From NCBI RefSeq assembly GCF_964355755.1, contig NC_092670.1, forward strand, positions 41,269,588 to 41,333,587: a DNA stretch of 64,000 nucleotides. The letters run 5' to 3'. This DNA comes from Antedon mediterranea (Eukaryota; Animalia; Echinodermata). Shown one piece after another: positions 24,391-38,300 of this stretch. The stretch's first letter is position 1; each line of letters starts with the position of its first letter. The translations under genes were made by a program, and so were the position numbers. The notes under the pieces were generated by a model, which made no database searches, had not been told where the DNA came from, and saw only the letters and a list, made by a program, of their open reading frames with translations.

Positions 24391-25457
24391 CCAGACGGAG
24401 TATCCAAACTCAAGTAATACACTAGACTTGCCCCAAGCCTGTATTGTTTTTTTTTTTTATTTATTTGTTTTTATTTCGACCGCGATTTTTGTCTGAAAAT
24501 ACAGACTTGTGAAACACGTATAGAAATCGATTTGCAGACCGCAAACATCCGATAAGAATGACGTAGGTTATCATACCGTATTTGGCTATATGGGGCGGGT
24601 GGTATGTAAATATGGATTTCGAATCAACCAATGATCATTTTGTTTAAAAATGAAAAAGATCGAGTTAGGCCTACGTACAGTGCTGAATGTACGATCGAGA
24701 CTGTTAAAATATGAAATCGTGTTGCCAAGTTGTTCTGTTTATTAATTGTTTAGTCCTTAGCCTAGGCCTCCTTCGTAGGTCCTACTCAACTCGCACGTAT
24801 GACCTGCCAAATAAAACGCCAATAAGGTAGGCCTACATAATACCACCACCGGCACACAACAGGATTCACACACAACAGACAGGGCTATACACCACTACAC
24901 AGAACAGGACAGGGTCTGGGTGGGAATTAAATCAAATTATCTCCGCGTAATATTAAATCAGGGAGATGTAAATTACATCTCCCTGATTAAATGATCCATA
25001 TAAAATCCTTTCTAGCCTTCAGAAACTTTCATCAATGTACCCACTACACATTGTCTAAACGTAACATAGCGCATGCGTACCATCTTAGTTGTTGAGTCTT
25101 TGAAATTCTAAAATATGAATATTAAAACGGTGTACGAGTGAGTAGCCAATCGCATGCAGCTGAAACTAGTCAACCGGATAATCTATGCACCAAGAATTCT
25201 TGGTGTCAAACCACGTGACTTTTGCGTGTTTCCCCAGGTATATAAACTATACCATACTGGCGAGTAAATCATGTTTTACTTTTTAAACCTCGCAACGTCT
25301 GGTTGAAAAGGCTACTCGGACCAATAATTTCTATTAGCCTAGGGGTTATTGCGATTTGGACGTTTCTGATTGGCTGTAGCCATGGACTATATTGATTAAC
25401 ACTGTTCTGATTGGTTGTAGCTTTGAATACATCTTCTCGGAACTCGTCCTTAATACA

Positions 25458-26900
25458 ATAGCAATTTAGCACAGTGTTTTACTATATAACCAGATAAATA
25501 ATAGGAAACATTTAATAATTTGATAAATGACATTTAAATAGCAATTTAGGTAAATGTCTTTTGAAATGAAATTAAATAAATTATAACCAATTTAGTTAGA
25601 GTAAAACACAATGATAAAGAATAGGAAACATTTAATAATATGATAAATTACATTTACATAGCAATTTAGCACTGTGTTTTACTATAACCAATTTGGTTAG
25701 AGTAAAACACAATGATAAAGAATAAGAAACATTTAATAACATGATAAATGACATTTAGCCATTTAGCACTGTGTTTTACTATAACCAATTTGGTTAGAGT
25801 AAAGCACAATGATAAAGAATAGGAAACATTTAATAACATGATAAATGACATTCACATAGCAATTTACCACTGTGTTTTACTATAACCAATCAGATTAGAG
25901 TAAAACACAATGATAAAGAATAGGAAACATTTAATAATATGATATATAACATTTACATAGCAATTTAGCACTGTGTTTTACTATAACCAATTTGATTAGA
26001 GTAAAACACAACGATAAAGAATAGGAAACATTTAATAACATGATAAATTACATTTACATAGCAATTTATCACTGTGTTTTACTATAACCAATTTGGTTAG
26101 AGTAAAACACAATGATAAAGAATAGGAAACATTTAATAATATGATAAATTACATTTACATAGCAATTTATCACTGTGTTTTACTATAACCAATTTGGTTA
26201 GAGTAAAACACAATGATAAAGAATAAGAAACATTTAATAACATGATAAATGACATTTACATAGCAATTTAGCACTGTGTTTTACTATAACCAATTTGGTT
26301 AGAGTAAAGCACAATGATAAAGAATAGGAAACATTTAATAACATGATAAATGACATTTACATAGCAATTTAGCACTGTGTTTTACTATAACCAATTTGAT
26401 TAGAGTAAAACTCAACGATAAAGAATAGGAAACATTTAATAACATGATAAATTACATTTACATAGCAATTTATCACTGTGTTTTACTATAACCAATTTGG
26501 TTAGAGTAAAACACAATGATAAAGAATAGGAAACATTTAATAATATGATAAATTACATTTACATAGCAATTTATCACTGTGTTTTACTATAACCAATTTG
26601 GTTAGAGTAAAACACAATGATAAAGAATAGGAATTTAATAATATGATATATAACATTTACATAGCAATTTAGCACTGTGTTTTACTATAACCAATTTGGT
26701 TATGGTAAAGCACAATGATAAAGAATAGGAAACATTTAAAAATATGATAAATGACATTCACATAGCAATTTAGCACTGTGTTTTACTATACCAATTTGAT
26801 TAGAGTAAAACACAATGATAAAGAATATGAAACATTTAATAATATGATAAATTGCTAGCACTGTGTTTTACTATACCAATTTAGTTTTGGATAAAGAATA
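25458..26900. repeat. ~101-bp satellite, left arm (~14 copies)
   Basis: Unit ttagagtaaaacacaatgataaagaataggaaacatttaataatatgataaatgacatttacatagcaatttagcactgtgttttactataaccaatttgg; reverse complement of the 30700-34620 array. Confidence 0.95.
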
Positions 26901-27272
26901 TGAATTTAAAGAATGGATATAATATGATATGATACAATATGATTTTCTCCCAATTAGTAAGACATTTTGGAATACTGCGTGCGTAGTGCACCTAACAAGA
27001 TCATGTTCGCTATTTAAAACTCACATTTTAAAACCGTAAACGCATAAATTTGCGGACATACTCGTAAAACACACTTCCAGAGATTTAATAATTTTAACAG
27101 TACTACAAAATCCATAATATAAAGTAGTATAGATTTGTACAAAAAGAGCAGAACAATTAAATTAACTGTCATTACATCTACTGAACTGTCTCATTACATC
27201 TACTGAAAAATTCATCGCGATGAATTTATTTATAATACACCAATCAGATCACACGCAATTAGTATGGAATGC

Positions 27273-28208
27273 CAGTTTAGGCGATGATAAAATCGCGTCG
27301 ATGATGCAATGAAAATTGCGTCGATGTGATGAAAATTGCGTCGATGAATATAGTATTGATGTAATGATGTGATGAACATTGCGTCGATGAAAATTGCGTC
27401 GATGTAATGAAAATTGCGTTAATGTGATGAAAATTGCGTCGATGAAAATTGCGTCGATGAAAACTGCATCGATGAAAACTGCATCGATGAAAAAAAAAAT
27501 AATTTTCATCGATGCAGTTTTCATCGATGAAAATTGCGATCTCCCTGCCGGTATGATTTGAATATGATGTCATGGATGCTGGACATCTGGATTTTATGTA
27601 CTGAACTGGTGGATTAACGGAAGCAATTAGCTAGAAGATATAATGTGTCCGAAAGGACAATAATGGATCCATTGCTAAAATGTGTTGACAATAAATCACT
27701 AAAATGTTAATCAGTGCATATATTTCAACATTGTTTTAGTGCGCGATCACTGTGCGCTTGTCTATAACGCGCGCTAGCGCAAGCGGTAAACATGTTTATC
27801 ATATCAAAATATTCAGAAACCGTCAATTTTTAGCAACATAATAACATTATTAACATCATTATTAACATCATCATTTACTTTACTAGTAGTCATTTTCATC
27901 ATTGATTGAATTAAAACCATTTGGAATTTTTATAATCAATTAAATTCATCACATCAATTTTCATCGATGCAGTTTTCATCGACGCAATTTTCATCGATGC
28001 AGTTTTCATCGACGCAATTTTCATCGATGCAGTTTTCATCGACGCAATTTTCATCGACGCAATTTTCATCGATGCAATTTTCATCGACGCAATGTAAATT
28101 GCGTCGACGCAATCTACATTGCATCGACGCAATCTACATTGCGTCGATGCAATTTTCATCGACGCAATTTCATCATCGACGCAATTTTTATCATCGCCAA
28201 AAACTTGT
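27273..28208. mobile_element. MITE-like element with inverted arms of 15-bp repeats
   Basis: Left arm gtttaggcgatgataaaa+(gatgaaaattgcgtc)n; right arm (gacgcaattttcatc)n+ttttatcatcgccaaaaac. TSD not resolved. Source of the repetitive ORFs between 27249 and 28477. Confidence 0.75.
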
Positions 28209-28849
28209 GTAAAACGGCGTTCCAGAAGTGACGAATCGCATATTCGCCGTTTATTGTTGAGGCGCGTAAACAGTGTGCGCAATGCACGTTTTCTTCCCAT
28301 GACGAGACGAATCGATATTCGACTCTTCGTGTGACGAATAATCGTCAAATTATAATTAATATAATTAATTAATGAAATAAGATACGCAGTTGATGTTTGC
28401 ATCAATTGTTCTTTAGAATAAATACTTTCGAAATACAAAACAAAAAATGTGTGGTGAGTGACGATATGTTCAATCATGGACCTATAAATTACTAATTTAT
28501 AGGTCCATGATTCAATATCTGTAGCTTCAATTCAAACATAATGTAACAGAAAATTTGAAGCGTAAAAAACGTTCGTTTACACAACACTTTTTTTTTATAC
28601 TTTATTATTGATTATTATATTATACAGGAATACTATTTATTTCCTCATTTCTACCCAAGAATAAACAATTTTTGGATACAAAACTTTATGTGAATTACAT
28701 TACCAAAATATTAAAACGAGGATAAAAAAACATCGCGTAAAATACTCGTACTCAAAAGCTTCTGAAATTTGTAAATATATGTCATGAAAAAGAAATTTGA
28801 CATTCCCAATAATTTTTTTTGGCAAAAATGTAATATATGAAACATACAA

Positions 28850-30660
28850 TTTACATAGTTTATCATTGTTTTTTATTAGAACCAATATGGTTACACAGTT
28901 AAACATAGTGATAAAGAATAGATACTTGTTAGGTTACTACCCTACCCTCTAGTTTGAAGCGACATTATAAATTCATCGAGAAAAAAAACGTATCGTATTC
29001 AGAAACGTTTGACATTTTGTATAGATATGTTCAATAAGACAAAACAAATTATAAATTTCAAGACAAATCGATGATTTCCATTATTTGCATTTCACAAAAT
29101 TCACACTTATGAAAGACCATACATTTTCAACATTTCCTTTTTTCTGTGTACCGAGTTTAGAAACTTTTTGAATACCAGACGTATTTTTTTGTGATGCTTT
29201 TTCATTTGAATTGTAGTATAAAATGTCATTGAAACGAGATAAAAATCATACAAGACATGTTATAATAGGTTGCTCTATATACATAACAAAATTAGTTCTT
29301 TTTTTTGGTAAGAAACGCCAATGAAGTAGAAAGTTATTTCAGATGTAGTGTGCATTTATACGTCATTAATAGTAGGCCTAAAATATAATATTAAATATTA
29401 TAAAGAATATCAAACATTTTATGTTATGAAAAATAAAATTGACATATAAGTTTATCATTGTGTTTTACTTAACCATTTTGGTTAAAAGTTAAACACAGTG
29501 AGTGATAAAGAATAGAACTGTTTTAGTTTATTTAACCCTAACCCTAGTTTGAAGCGATCACATATTTAATATTCATCGCTAAAAATACGTATCGTCTTGA
29601 AAAACGTTTGATATTTGGTAGATATGTTCAATATAGGTTCTTACATCTATAATGCAAAAGAAATATCCTAATAGTTTTATTTTGATTTCTGAGAATCATC
29701 AATGAAGTAAAAATGTGTTGGAAATGTATTGTCTTTCATAAGTGTAAATGTTTAGAAATGCAAATTATTAAAATCACGAATTTGTCTTGAAACTTTTATT
29801 TTTTGTTTGTTTTATAGACGTAAGAACCTATTGAACATTTTATTTACCAAATTTCAAATGTTTCTGAATACGATACGTATTTTTTCGCGATGAATTAAGT
29901 ATGTGATCGCTTCAAACTAGGGTTAGAGTTATATAACCTAAAACAGTGTCTATTCTTTATCATTGTGTTTAACTGTGTAACCAAATTGGTTCTGTAAAAC
30001 AAGATGATAAACTATGTAACTTGTATTTATTATTATTACATTATATGTATCCTATAATGTAATATGAAAAATAAAATGTACATAGTTTATCATTGTGTTG
30101 TACTAAAACCAATTTGGTTAAAAGTTAAACACAGTGTTAAAGAATGAACTGTTAGGTTATTTAACCCTAACCCTAGTTTGAAGCGATCACATACTTAATT
30201 CATCGATAAAAATACGTATCATCTTAAAAAACGTTTGAAATTTGGTACATGTTCAATATAGGTTCTTACATCTATAATGTAAAAGAAATATCATAATTTG
30301 TTTTATTTTGATTTCTGGGAATCATCAATGAAGTAAAAATGTGTTGGAAAATGTATGGTATTTCATAAGTGTACATTTTTAGAAATGCAAATTATTAAAA
30401 TCACGAATTTTTTTGTGAAATTTATATTTTTTGTTTGTTTTATAGACGTAAGAACCTATTAAACATATCTAACAAATTTCAAAAGTTTCTAAATACGAGA
30501 CGTACTTTTTCGCGATGAATTTATTATGTCGCTTCAAACTAGGGTTAGGGTTATATAACCTAAAACAGTATCTATTCTTTATCACTGTGTTAACTGTGTC
30601 ACCAAATTGGTTCTGTAAAACAAGATGATAAACTATGTAACTTTATTATATTATTACATT
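28850..30660. repeat. Tandem ~600-bp palindromic modules related to the 101-bp satellite
   Basis: aaccctaaccctagtttgaagcgatcac... at 29535 and 30165 (degenerate copy 28940) with inverted partners ...cgcttcaaactagggttag at 29910 and 30530. Confidence 0.8.
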
Positions 30661-30699
30661 ATATGTATCCTATTCTTTTCATAACGTTTAGATAATAAG

Positions 30700-33600
30700 A
30701 TATGTTTAATATAATATTTTGCTATGTAAATAATATCATATAATAAATGTTTCATTATCATTGTGTTTTACTGTAACCAAATTGGCTATAGTAAAACACA
30801 ATACTAAATTTGTATGTAAATGTATCATATTATTATATGTTTCCTATTCTTAATTTGTGTTTTACTGTATCCAGCACAGTGCTAAATATCATTTATCATA
30901 GTTAAAATGTTTTACTCTAACCAAATTGGTTATAGTAAAACACAGTGATAAATTACTATGTAAATGTCATTTATCATATTATTAAATGTTTCATATTCTT
31001 TATCATTGTGCTTTACTCTAATCAAATTGGTTATAGTAAAACACAGTGCTAAATTTCTATGTGAATGTCATTTATCATGTTATTAAATGTTTCCTATTCT
31101 TTATCATTGTGTTTTACTCTAACCAAATTGGTTATAGTAAAACACAGTGCTAAATTGCTATGTAATGACATTTATCATATTATTAAATGTTTCCTATTCT
31201 ATATCATTGTGCTTTACCACAACCAAATTGGTTATAGTAAAACATTGTGCTAAATTGCTAGCTATGTAAATAATCATTATTATTAAATGTTTCCTATTCT
31301 TTGTCATTGTGTTTTACTCTAACCAAATTGGTTATAATAAAACACAGTGCTAAATTGCTATGTAATGACATTTATCATATTATTCAATGTTTCCTATTCT
31401 ATATCATTGTGCTTTACCATAACCAAATTGGTTATAGTAAAATATGGTGCTAAATTGCTATGTAAATAATCATTATTATTAAATGTTTCCTATTCTATAT
31501 CATTGTGCTTTACCATAACCAAATTGGTTATAGTAAAACACAGTGATAAATTGCTATGTAAATGTCATTTATCATATTATTAAATGTTTCCTATTCTATA
31601 TCATTGTGTTTTACCATAACCAAATTGGTTATAGTAAAACACAGTGATAAATTGCTATGTAAATGTCATTTATCATATTATTAAATGTTTCCTATTCTAT
31701 ATCATTGTGTTTTACTATAACCAAATTGGTTATAGTAAAACACAGTGCTAAATTGCTATGTAAATAATCATTATTATTAAATATTTCCTATTCTTTATCA
31801 TTGTGTTTTACTCTAACCAAATTGGTTATAGTAAAACACAGTGCTAAATTGCTATGTAATGACATTTATCATATTATTAAATGTTTCCTATTCTATATCA
31901 TTGTGCTTTACCACAACCAAATTGGTTATAGTAAAACATTGTGCTAAATTGCTAGCTATGTAAATAATCATTATTATTAAATGTTTCCTATTCTTTGTCA
32001 TTGTGTTTTACTCTAACCAAATTGGTTATAATAAAACACAGTGCTAAATTGCTATGTAATGACATTTATCATATTATTCAATGTTTCCTATTCTATATCA
32101 TTGTGCTTTACCATAACCAAATTGGTTATAGTAAAATATGGTGCTAAATTGCTATGTAAATAATCATTATTATTAAATGTTTCCTATTCTATATCATTGT
32201 GCTTTACCATAACCAAATTGGTTATAGTAAAACACAGTGATAAATTGCTATGTAAATGTCATTTATCATATTATTAAATGTTTCCTATTCTATATCATTG
32301 TGTTTTACCATAACCAAATTGGTTATAGTAAAACACAGTGATAAATTGCTATGTAAATGTCATTTATCATATTATTAAATGTTTCCTATTCTATATCATT
32401 GTGTTTTACTATAACCAAATTGGTTATAGTAAAACACAGTGCTAAATTGCTATGTAAATAATCATTATTATTAAATATTTCCTATTCTTTATCATTGTGT
32501 TTTACTCTAACCAAATTGGTTATAGTAAAACACAGTGCTAAATTGCTATGTAAATGTCATATATCATATTATTAAATTCCTATTCTTTATCATTCTGCTT
32601 TACTTTAACCAAATTGGTTATAGTAAAACACAGTGCTAAATTGCTATGTAAATGTCATTTATCATATTATTAAGTGTTTCCTATTCTTTATCATTGTGTT
32701 TTACTTTAACCAAATTGGTTATAGTAAAACACAGTGCTAAATTGCTATGTAAATGTCATTTATCAAATTATTAAATGTTTCCTATTCTATATCATTGTGT
32801 TTTACTCTAACTAAATTGGTTATAGTAAAACACAGTGCTAAATTGCTATGTGAATGTCATATATCATATTATTAAATGTTTCCTATTCTTTATCATTGTG
32901 TTTTACTATAACCAAATTGGTTATAGTAAAACACAGTGCTAAATTGCTATGTAAATAAGTATTATTAAATGTTTCCTATTCTTTATCATTGTGTTTTACT
33001 CTAACCAAATTGGTTATAGTAAAACACAGTGATAAATTGCTATGTAAATGTCATTTATCATATTATTAAATGTTTCCTATTCTATATCATTGTGTTTTAC
33101 TATAACCAAATTGGTTATAGTAAAACACAGTGCTAAATTGCTATGTAAATAATCATTATTATTAAATATTTCCTATTCTTTATCATTGTGTTTTACTCTA
33201 ACCAAATTGGTTATAGTAAAACACAGTGCTAAATTGCTATGTAAATGTCATATATCATATTATTAAATTCCTATTCTTTATCATTCTGCTTTACTTTAAC
33301 CAAATTGGTTATAGTAAAACACAGTGCTAAATTGCTATGTAAATGTCATTTATCATATTATTAAGTGTTTCCTATTCTTTATCATTGTGTTTTACTTTAA
33401 CCAAATTGGTTATAGTAAAACACAGTGCTAAATTGCTATGTAAATGTCATTTATCAAATTATTAAATGTTTCCTATTCTATATCATTGTGTTTTACTCTA
33501 ACTAAATTGGTTATAGTAAAACACAGTGCTAAATTGCTATGTGAATGTCATATATCATATTATTAAATGTTTCCTATTCTTTATCATTGTGTTTTACTAT

Positions 33601-34618
33601 AACCAAATTGGTTATAGTAAAACACAGTGCTAAATTGCTATGTAAATAATTATTATTAAATGTTTCCTATTCTTTATCATTGTGTTTTACTCTAACCAAA
33701 TTGGTTATAGTAAAACACAGTGATAAATTGCTATGTAAATGTCATTTATCATATTATTAAATGTTTCCTATTCTATATCATTGTGTTTTACTATAACCAA
33801 ATTGGTTATAGTAAAACACAGTGCTAAATTGCTATGTAAATAATAATTATTATTAAATATTTCCTATTCTTTATCATTGTGTTTTACTCTAACCAAATTG
33901 GTTATAGTAAAACACAGTGCTAAATTGCTATGTAAATGTCATATATCATATTATTAAATTCCTATTCTTTATCATTCTGCTTTACTTTAACCAAATTGGT
34001 TATAGTAAAACACAGTGCTAAATTGCTATGTAAATGTCATTTATCATATTATTAAGTGTTTCCTATTCTTTATCATTGTGTTTTACTTTAACCAAATTGG
34101 TTTTAGTAAAACACAGTGCTAAATTGCTATGTAAATGTCATTTATCAAATTATTAAATGTTTCCTATTCTATATCATTGTGTTTTACTCTAACCAAATTG
34201 GTTATAGTAAAACACAGTGCTAAATTGCTATGTGAATGTCATATATCATATTATTAAATGTTTCCTATTCTTTATCATTGTGTTTTACTCTAACCAAATT
34301 GGTTATAGTAAAACACAGTGCTAAATTGCTATGTAAATGTCATATATCATATTATTAAATTCCTATTCTTTATCATTCTGCTTTACTTTAACCAAATTGT
34401 TTATAGTAAAACACAGTGCTAAATTGCTATGTAAATGTCATTTATCATATTATTAAATGTTGCCTATTCTATATCATTGTGTTTTACTCTAACCAAATTG
34501 GTTATAGTAAAACACAGTGATAAATTGCTATGTAATGACATTTATCATATTATTAAATGTTTCCTATTCTTTATCATTGTGTTTTACTCTAACCAAATTG
34601 GTTATTGTAAAACACAGT
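30700..34618. repeat. ~100-bp satellite, right arm (~39 copies) with ~690-bp higher-order repeats
   Basis: Diagnostic variants recur at ~690-695-bp spacing (gctagctatg at 31257/31951; attaaattcctatt at 32571/33262/33952). Confidence 0.95.
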
Positions 34619-35360
34619 ATATTTTACCTCAACAACATCGCCGCAAAATTGTTTATACGTTTATTTTGATTGGCTAACTAAAGTACGGTCTAATGAATAT
34701 TGATATCAGAAGATTCCCTAGCTTAGTGAAAAAATTTTATTACCAAAAATATGCTGATTACGTCACTACCGGAAGTTGTAGTCTAGCATGATGCAGACGC
34801 AATTGATTATGTACGTTTGTTAAACATATAAAAAGCTGTAAATTACCACAAAACGACAATAGGAAAGAATTCAAAGAAATGCCCTACGTGTTCAAAATCA
34901 TTGTTTTAATATAGTCTGTATGTATAACTAACAATTGACCTTGTGGAAGAGCGTATACATTTAATTTAAAGTAAAACATGATTTACTCGCCAATTTGGTA
35001 TAGGATATATAGCTCGTTTCCCCAGACGGAGTATCCAAACTCAAGTAATACACGTATGAAACGCCATATGTGCAAAAATATTTATATTTTTACTAATACA
35101 GTATTAAGAAAAAACTCCGTCTGGAGCCCAGACTAGTAATACACGTATGAAACGCCATATGTCCAAAAATATTTATATTTTTACTAATAATATTAAGAAA
35201 AAACTCCGTCTGGAGCCCAGACTAGTTTAGTCTTATATACGTCACCTTTATTGATCTCGAAAATGTTATGTTTAGCGCCCTCAATTTTAATAAAACCAGC
35301 CTTTAAAACTTGTGTCGTTGTTGTTTCGCATGTTACTATGTTGTACTGTACTACTAGAAA

Positions 35361-38300
35361 ATGGCAGGTAGCAGGTACCGTAGTTTTCTTCGATTATGCC
35401 GGAATTGGGCATTAGATTCTACAAAAGAAGGTCGTGATTTAGGAGCACACATTCGAAAAAAAGTGGCAGAAGGCTTTAAGCACGGGGAAAACACAAGGGT
35501 TTGAAAATACAAATATTGTTTTTTCTTGCCTAGAAAGGGCCAGCAGTAGTAGGTAGGCTAGGAGGTGAGACTACTTTTAGGCCTAGCTAGGCCTAGCCTG
35601 CTAGCTAGAGCCTAGGCTCAGTGAGTGGCCTATCAATAGTACTGATACCTATTAAACTCACTGTTAACAGTAGTGGCCCGAACATTGAACTAGGGCCTAG
35701 TGGTGAGTTTTAAAGCTAGCGTTACTTATAAAAGGTATCATAAAAAATTATTAATCTTTTTATAAATATATAGCCTACTAGGCCTAGGCCTAGCCTAGTA
35801 GGGCCTGTATAGTATATATATTTATATATGAATAAATCTTTTAATTTTATTCTCTAGTTACTCAGAATGTTTGACCCTGGGCTGGCTGTACTGGAGAGAA
35901 TAAACTAATATTAATAATATCTAGGCCTATCTGTCCTTAATCCCACTAAACTTGATAAATTTTCTTATCTAGGTGGATGAGGTCGAGTGCCAACGCTTGT
36001 ACAATGCACTGGATAAGCTGTCTACAAATTATTATAAGAACAAGGTGACAATTAAGTGTTATTCATTCATTCATTCAGTCTTTTATTTCAGAAACTCTGG
36101 TCCATAGAAAGTAAATTACATATAAATGAAATAAATAAAGTAAACAAAATTACTACTACTCATCTCAGGATGGCATTCTATCTGGAGAGCATCTTCGACT
36201 TAACTAAGACATTGCTTATAATCGTTGAGATTAAAATATTTTTAAAACAACTCATTTTACAAAAAATGTATTTGACATACAGTAATGCCTATACTGTCTT
36301 TATTTACTGTATACATTTTTGTCTTTTAGTATCCAACAGTGAGCAATTTAGGAGGATCGCTTGGTTTAGATGTTGAAGATTGCAGATTAGCCATGTCTAC
36401 AGGTTTGTATTCAAGTTTAAAGGGGGATTCTGGGTTTAAAATTGCTTTTAAATATCGTTTATTTATTAAATAAAAAATATTATAACAATATAGACATTTC
36501 AGAATGAAGAAGTAATAACGAGAAATTAAAAAAATTTAATTTCATATACATTTTAGGGTAAATTCATGGAAAGTCTGTTTTTTAGCAGCTTAGGGAAGCT
36601 CATTAATATTCATGAGATATTCACAAAATCACGTCACCAGTGGATTCCAAACTCGCGACGTCATGTACGTTGTGTTTGTCAACTAATTTACATCTCTCTC
36701 CCCTGTCAAACGACGACCACCATTGTGATCATTGTGAAATACATTTTTTGTAGATTTTCTAAGCTAGGCCTAAAGTGTAATCAGGGAAAATTTTCATTTA
36801 AAAATTTTGTTTAGCAATATTGCTAATCAAACTGATTTTTAAGTCCAGAAACATAGTTTTGTATTGTATTTTTTGCTACACAATTTTCAAAATGTGTACC
36901 AATAAGGTTGTTTTGTATAGCTTTTTGCTACGCTACACTGGCGAAAATGTTCCCTGGTAATAATAACAGTAGTAGCATATATTTATTTGACATTTAATGA
37001 AATACAAAATTTAGTACAGATACGGAGTCATAAATTATACTACAGTATTTTTATACCTCTATAGTACAGATCGTATTATCGGCTTCACGTACAATACTAC
37101 TCTAGGCCTAGCCTAATAATAATATGGGCGAGAGCCATTCTGACTAGGGATTCCATGCCACGATGGCTACGTTAAAACAATGGGGCCCATGGGCCTAGCT
37201 AGCCTACTACTAGACGATTGGCCCATAAATAACAAAACCCATCCTATCAACCAAACTCCTAAACAATCTAAACCTAAAACATTCTACAAAATCGGCTGTA
37301 AATATTGAAGCAAAACAAGGTCCGATCGCCGTCCACACGTATGGTGTCCCGATCGTCTAAGTAGGCCTAAAATAAATAGGTTTAGTTTACTCTCCAAAAA
37401 AGCGGATACTCATGCATCAAGCAAGTAGACCAGGTAGTAGGAAGGAGACCTAGCCGATCCGGCCCAGTTAAAAATTGAGCTAGCTAGTGTAGTAGACCCT
37501 ATGCGAATTGATACTACCAGGCCTTTTACTATAGGCTGCACTACACAAATATTCCAACTCTCTCATTCGAGCTATATTATCTATACCATTCCGGTAGGTC
37601 GAGTCGACCTTCAATCAAATACTGTACATCGTTCATGTTGTGATTATAGACGGGGTATACTCGACCCGACCAGTTTGGTATTGTTGTATCTGCTTATCAC
37701 GTGACGATGTGCCAGGCATGGGCATGCAGCAGAGAGAGCACGTGTATCGTCGTCTCGCTCGATCCTCAGCAGAAATGTCCAGTATACGTTACGCTTCATT
37801 GATTTTGATTTTTCCCTAAGTCGGTGCGAAAATCAGCAAACGTAAAGTGCAAACATATCTAATTTTTCACTGTTTTGATGAATTTTCATAAAAAATTGAC
37901 TTTATAAATGGGAAGACCGACTAAAATTACATCAGATAAGTATAATTTTACAAAAGTAATTGATATGGTTTATGATAACGAGTCGTCGGAAGATGGACCA
38001 TTTCACGAATTTCCTATTTTGTAACCACAGTGTGATTTTGCCGTAGCTGCACTTGTAATCTGGCCTGATTTCACAGCCTTCGTTCTGCTTCACTGGGCGC
38101 TTATATAAATTGAAACTTTTACCGTTCAAGAGACAAACAAATATATTTTACATTTTTTACTATTCATTTTAAACCCGGAACCCCCCTTTAAACGAGTGTC
38201 TAGAAAACTCAGATCTAGAAAACTTAGATCTCCGATATATTTGAGTTTTCTAGATCTAGAAAAGTCAGATATCTAAGTTTTCAAGATCTAGAAAACTCAG

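Larger units (their letters stand above)
25237..35015. mobile_element. 9.8-kb non-coding Mutator/foldback-like element with satellite arms
   Basis: TIRs ..tatataaactatacca..tggcgagtaaatcatgttttacttt and aaagtaaaacatgatttactcgcca..tggtatag.atatata. TSD GTTTCCCCA(G) at 25228-25236 and 35016-35024. Inverted satellite arrays inside; no transposase ORF. Confidence 0.8.
24423..35135. mobile_element. Non-autonomous AcademH-like element, inner copy B inserted in copy A
   Basis: Same termini as copy A. Perfect 9-bp TSD GTAATACAC at 24414-24422 and 35136-35144. Confidence 0.85.
22558..35224. mobile_element. Non-autonomous AcademH-like DNA transposon, outer copy A (host of nest)
   Basis: Termini TAGACTTG-ccc-CAAGTCT and GTCTGG-agc-CCAGACTA (TAG..CTA ends with terminal mini-hairpins). 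Left flank gtcttatac; right flank gttta-gtcttatat (imperfect, offset TSD). 22558-23435 is paralogous to 24423-25237. Confidence 0.72.

Noticed and set aside
27249-28477. ORFs with IDA/KIASM/QFSS repeats
   Set aside because: Translations of 15-bp repeats in the arms of a MITE-like element; no transposase motifs.
29533-30551. Interstitial telomere
   Set aside because: Only two TTAGGG units per site, embedded in TE modules.
25666-34677. Paralogous MSFIMLLNV... ORFs
   Set aside because: Chance open frames in the 101-bp satellite.
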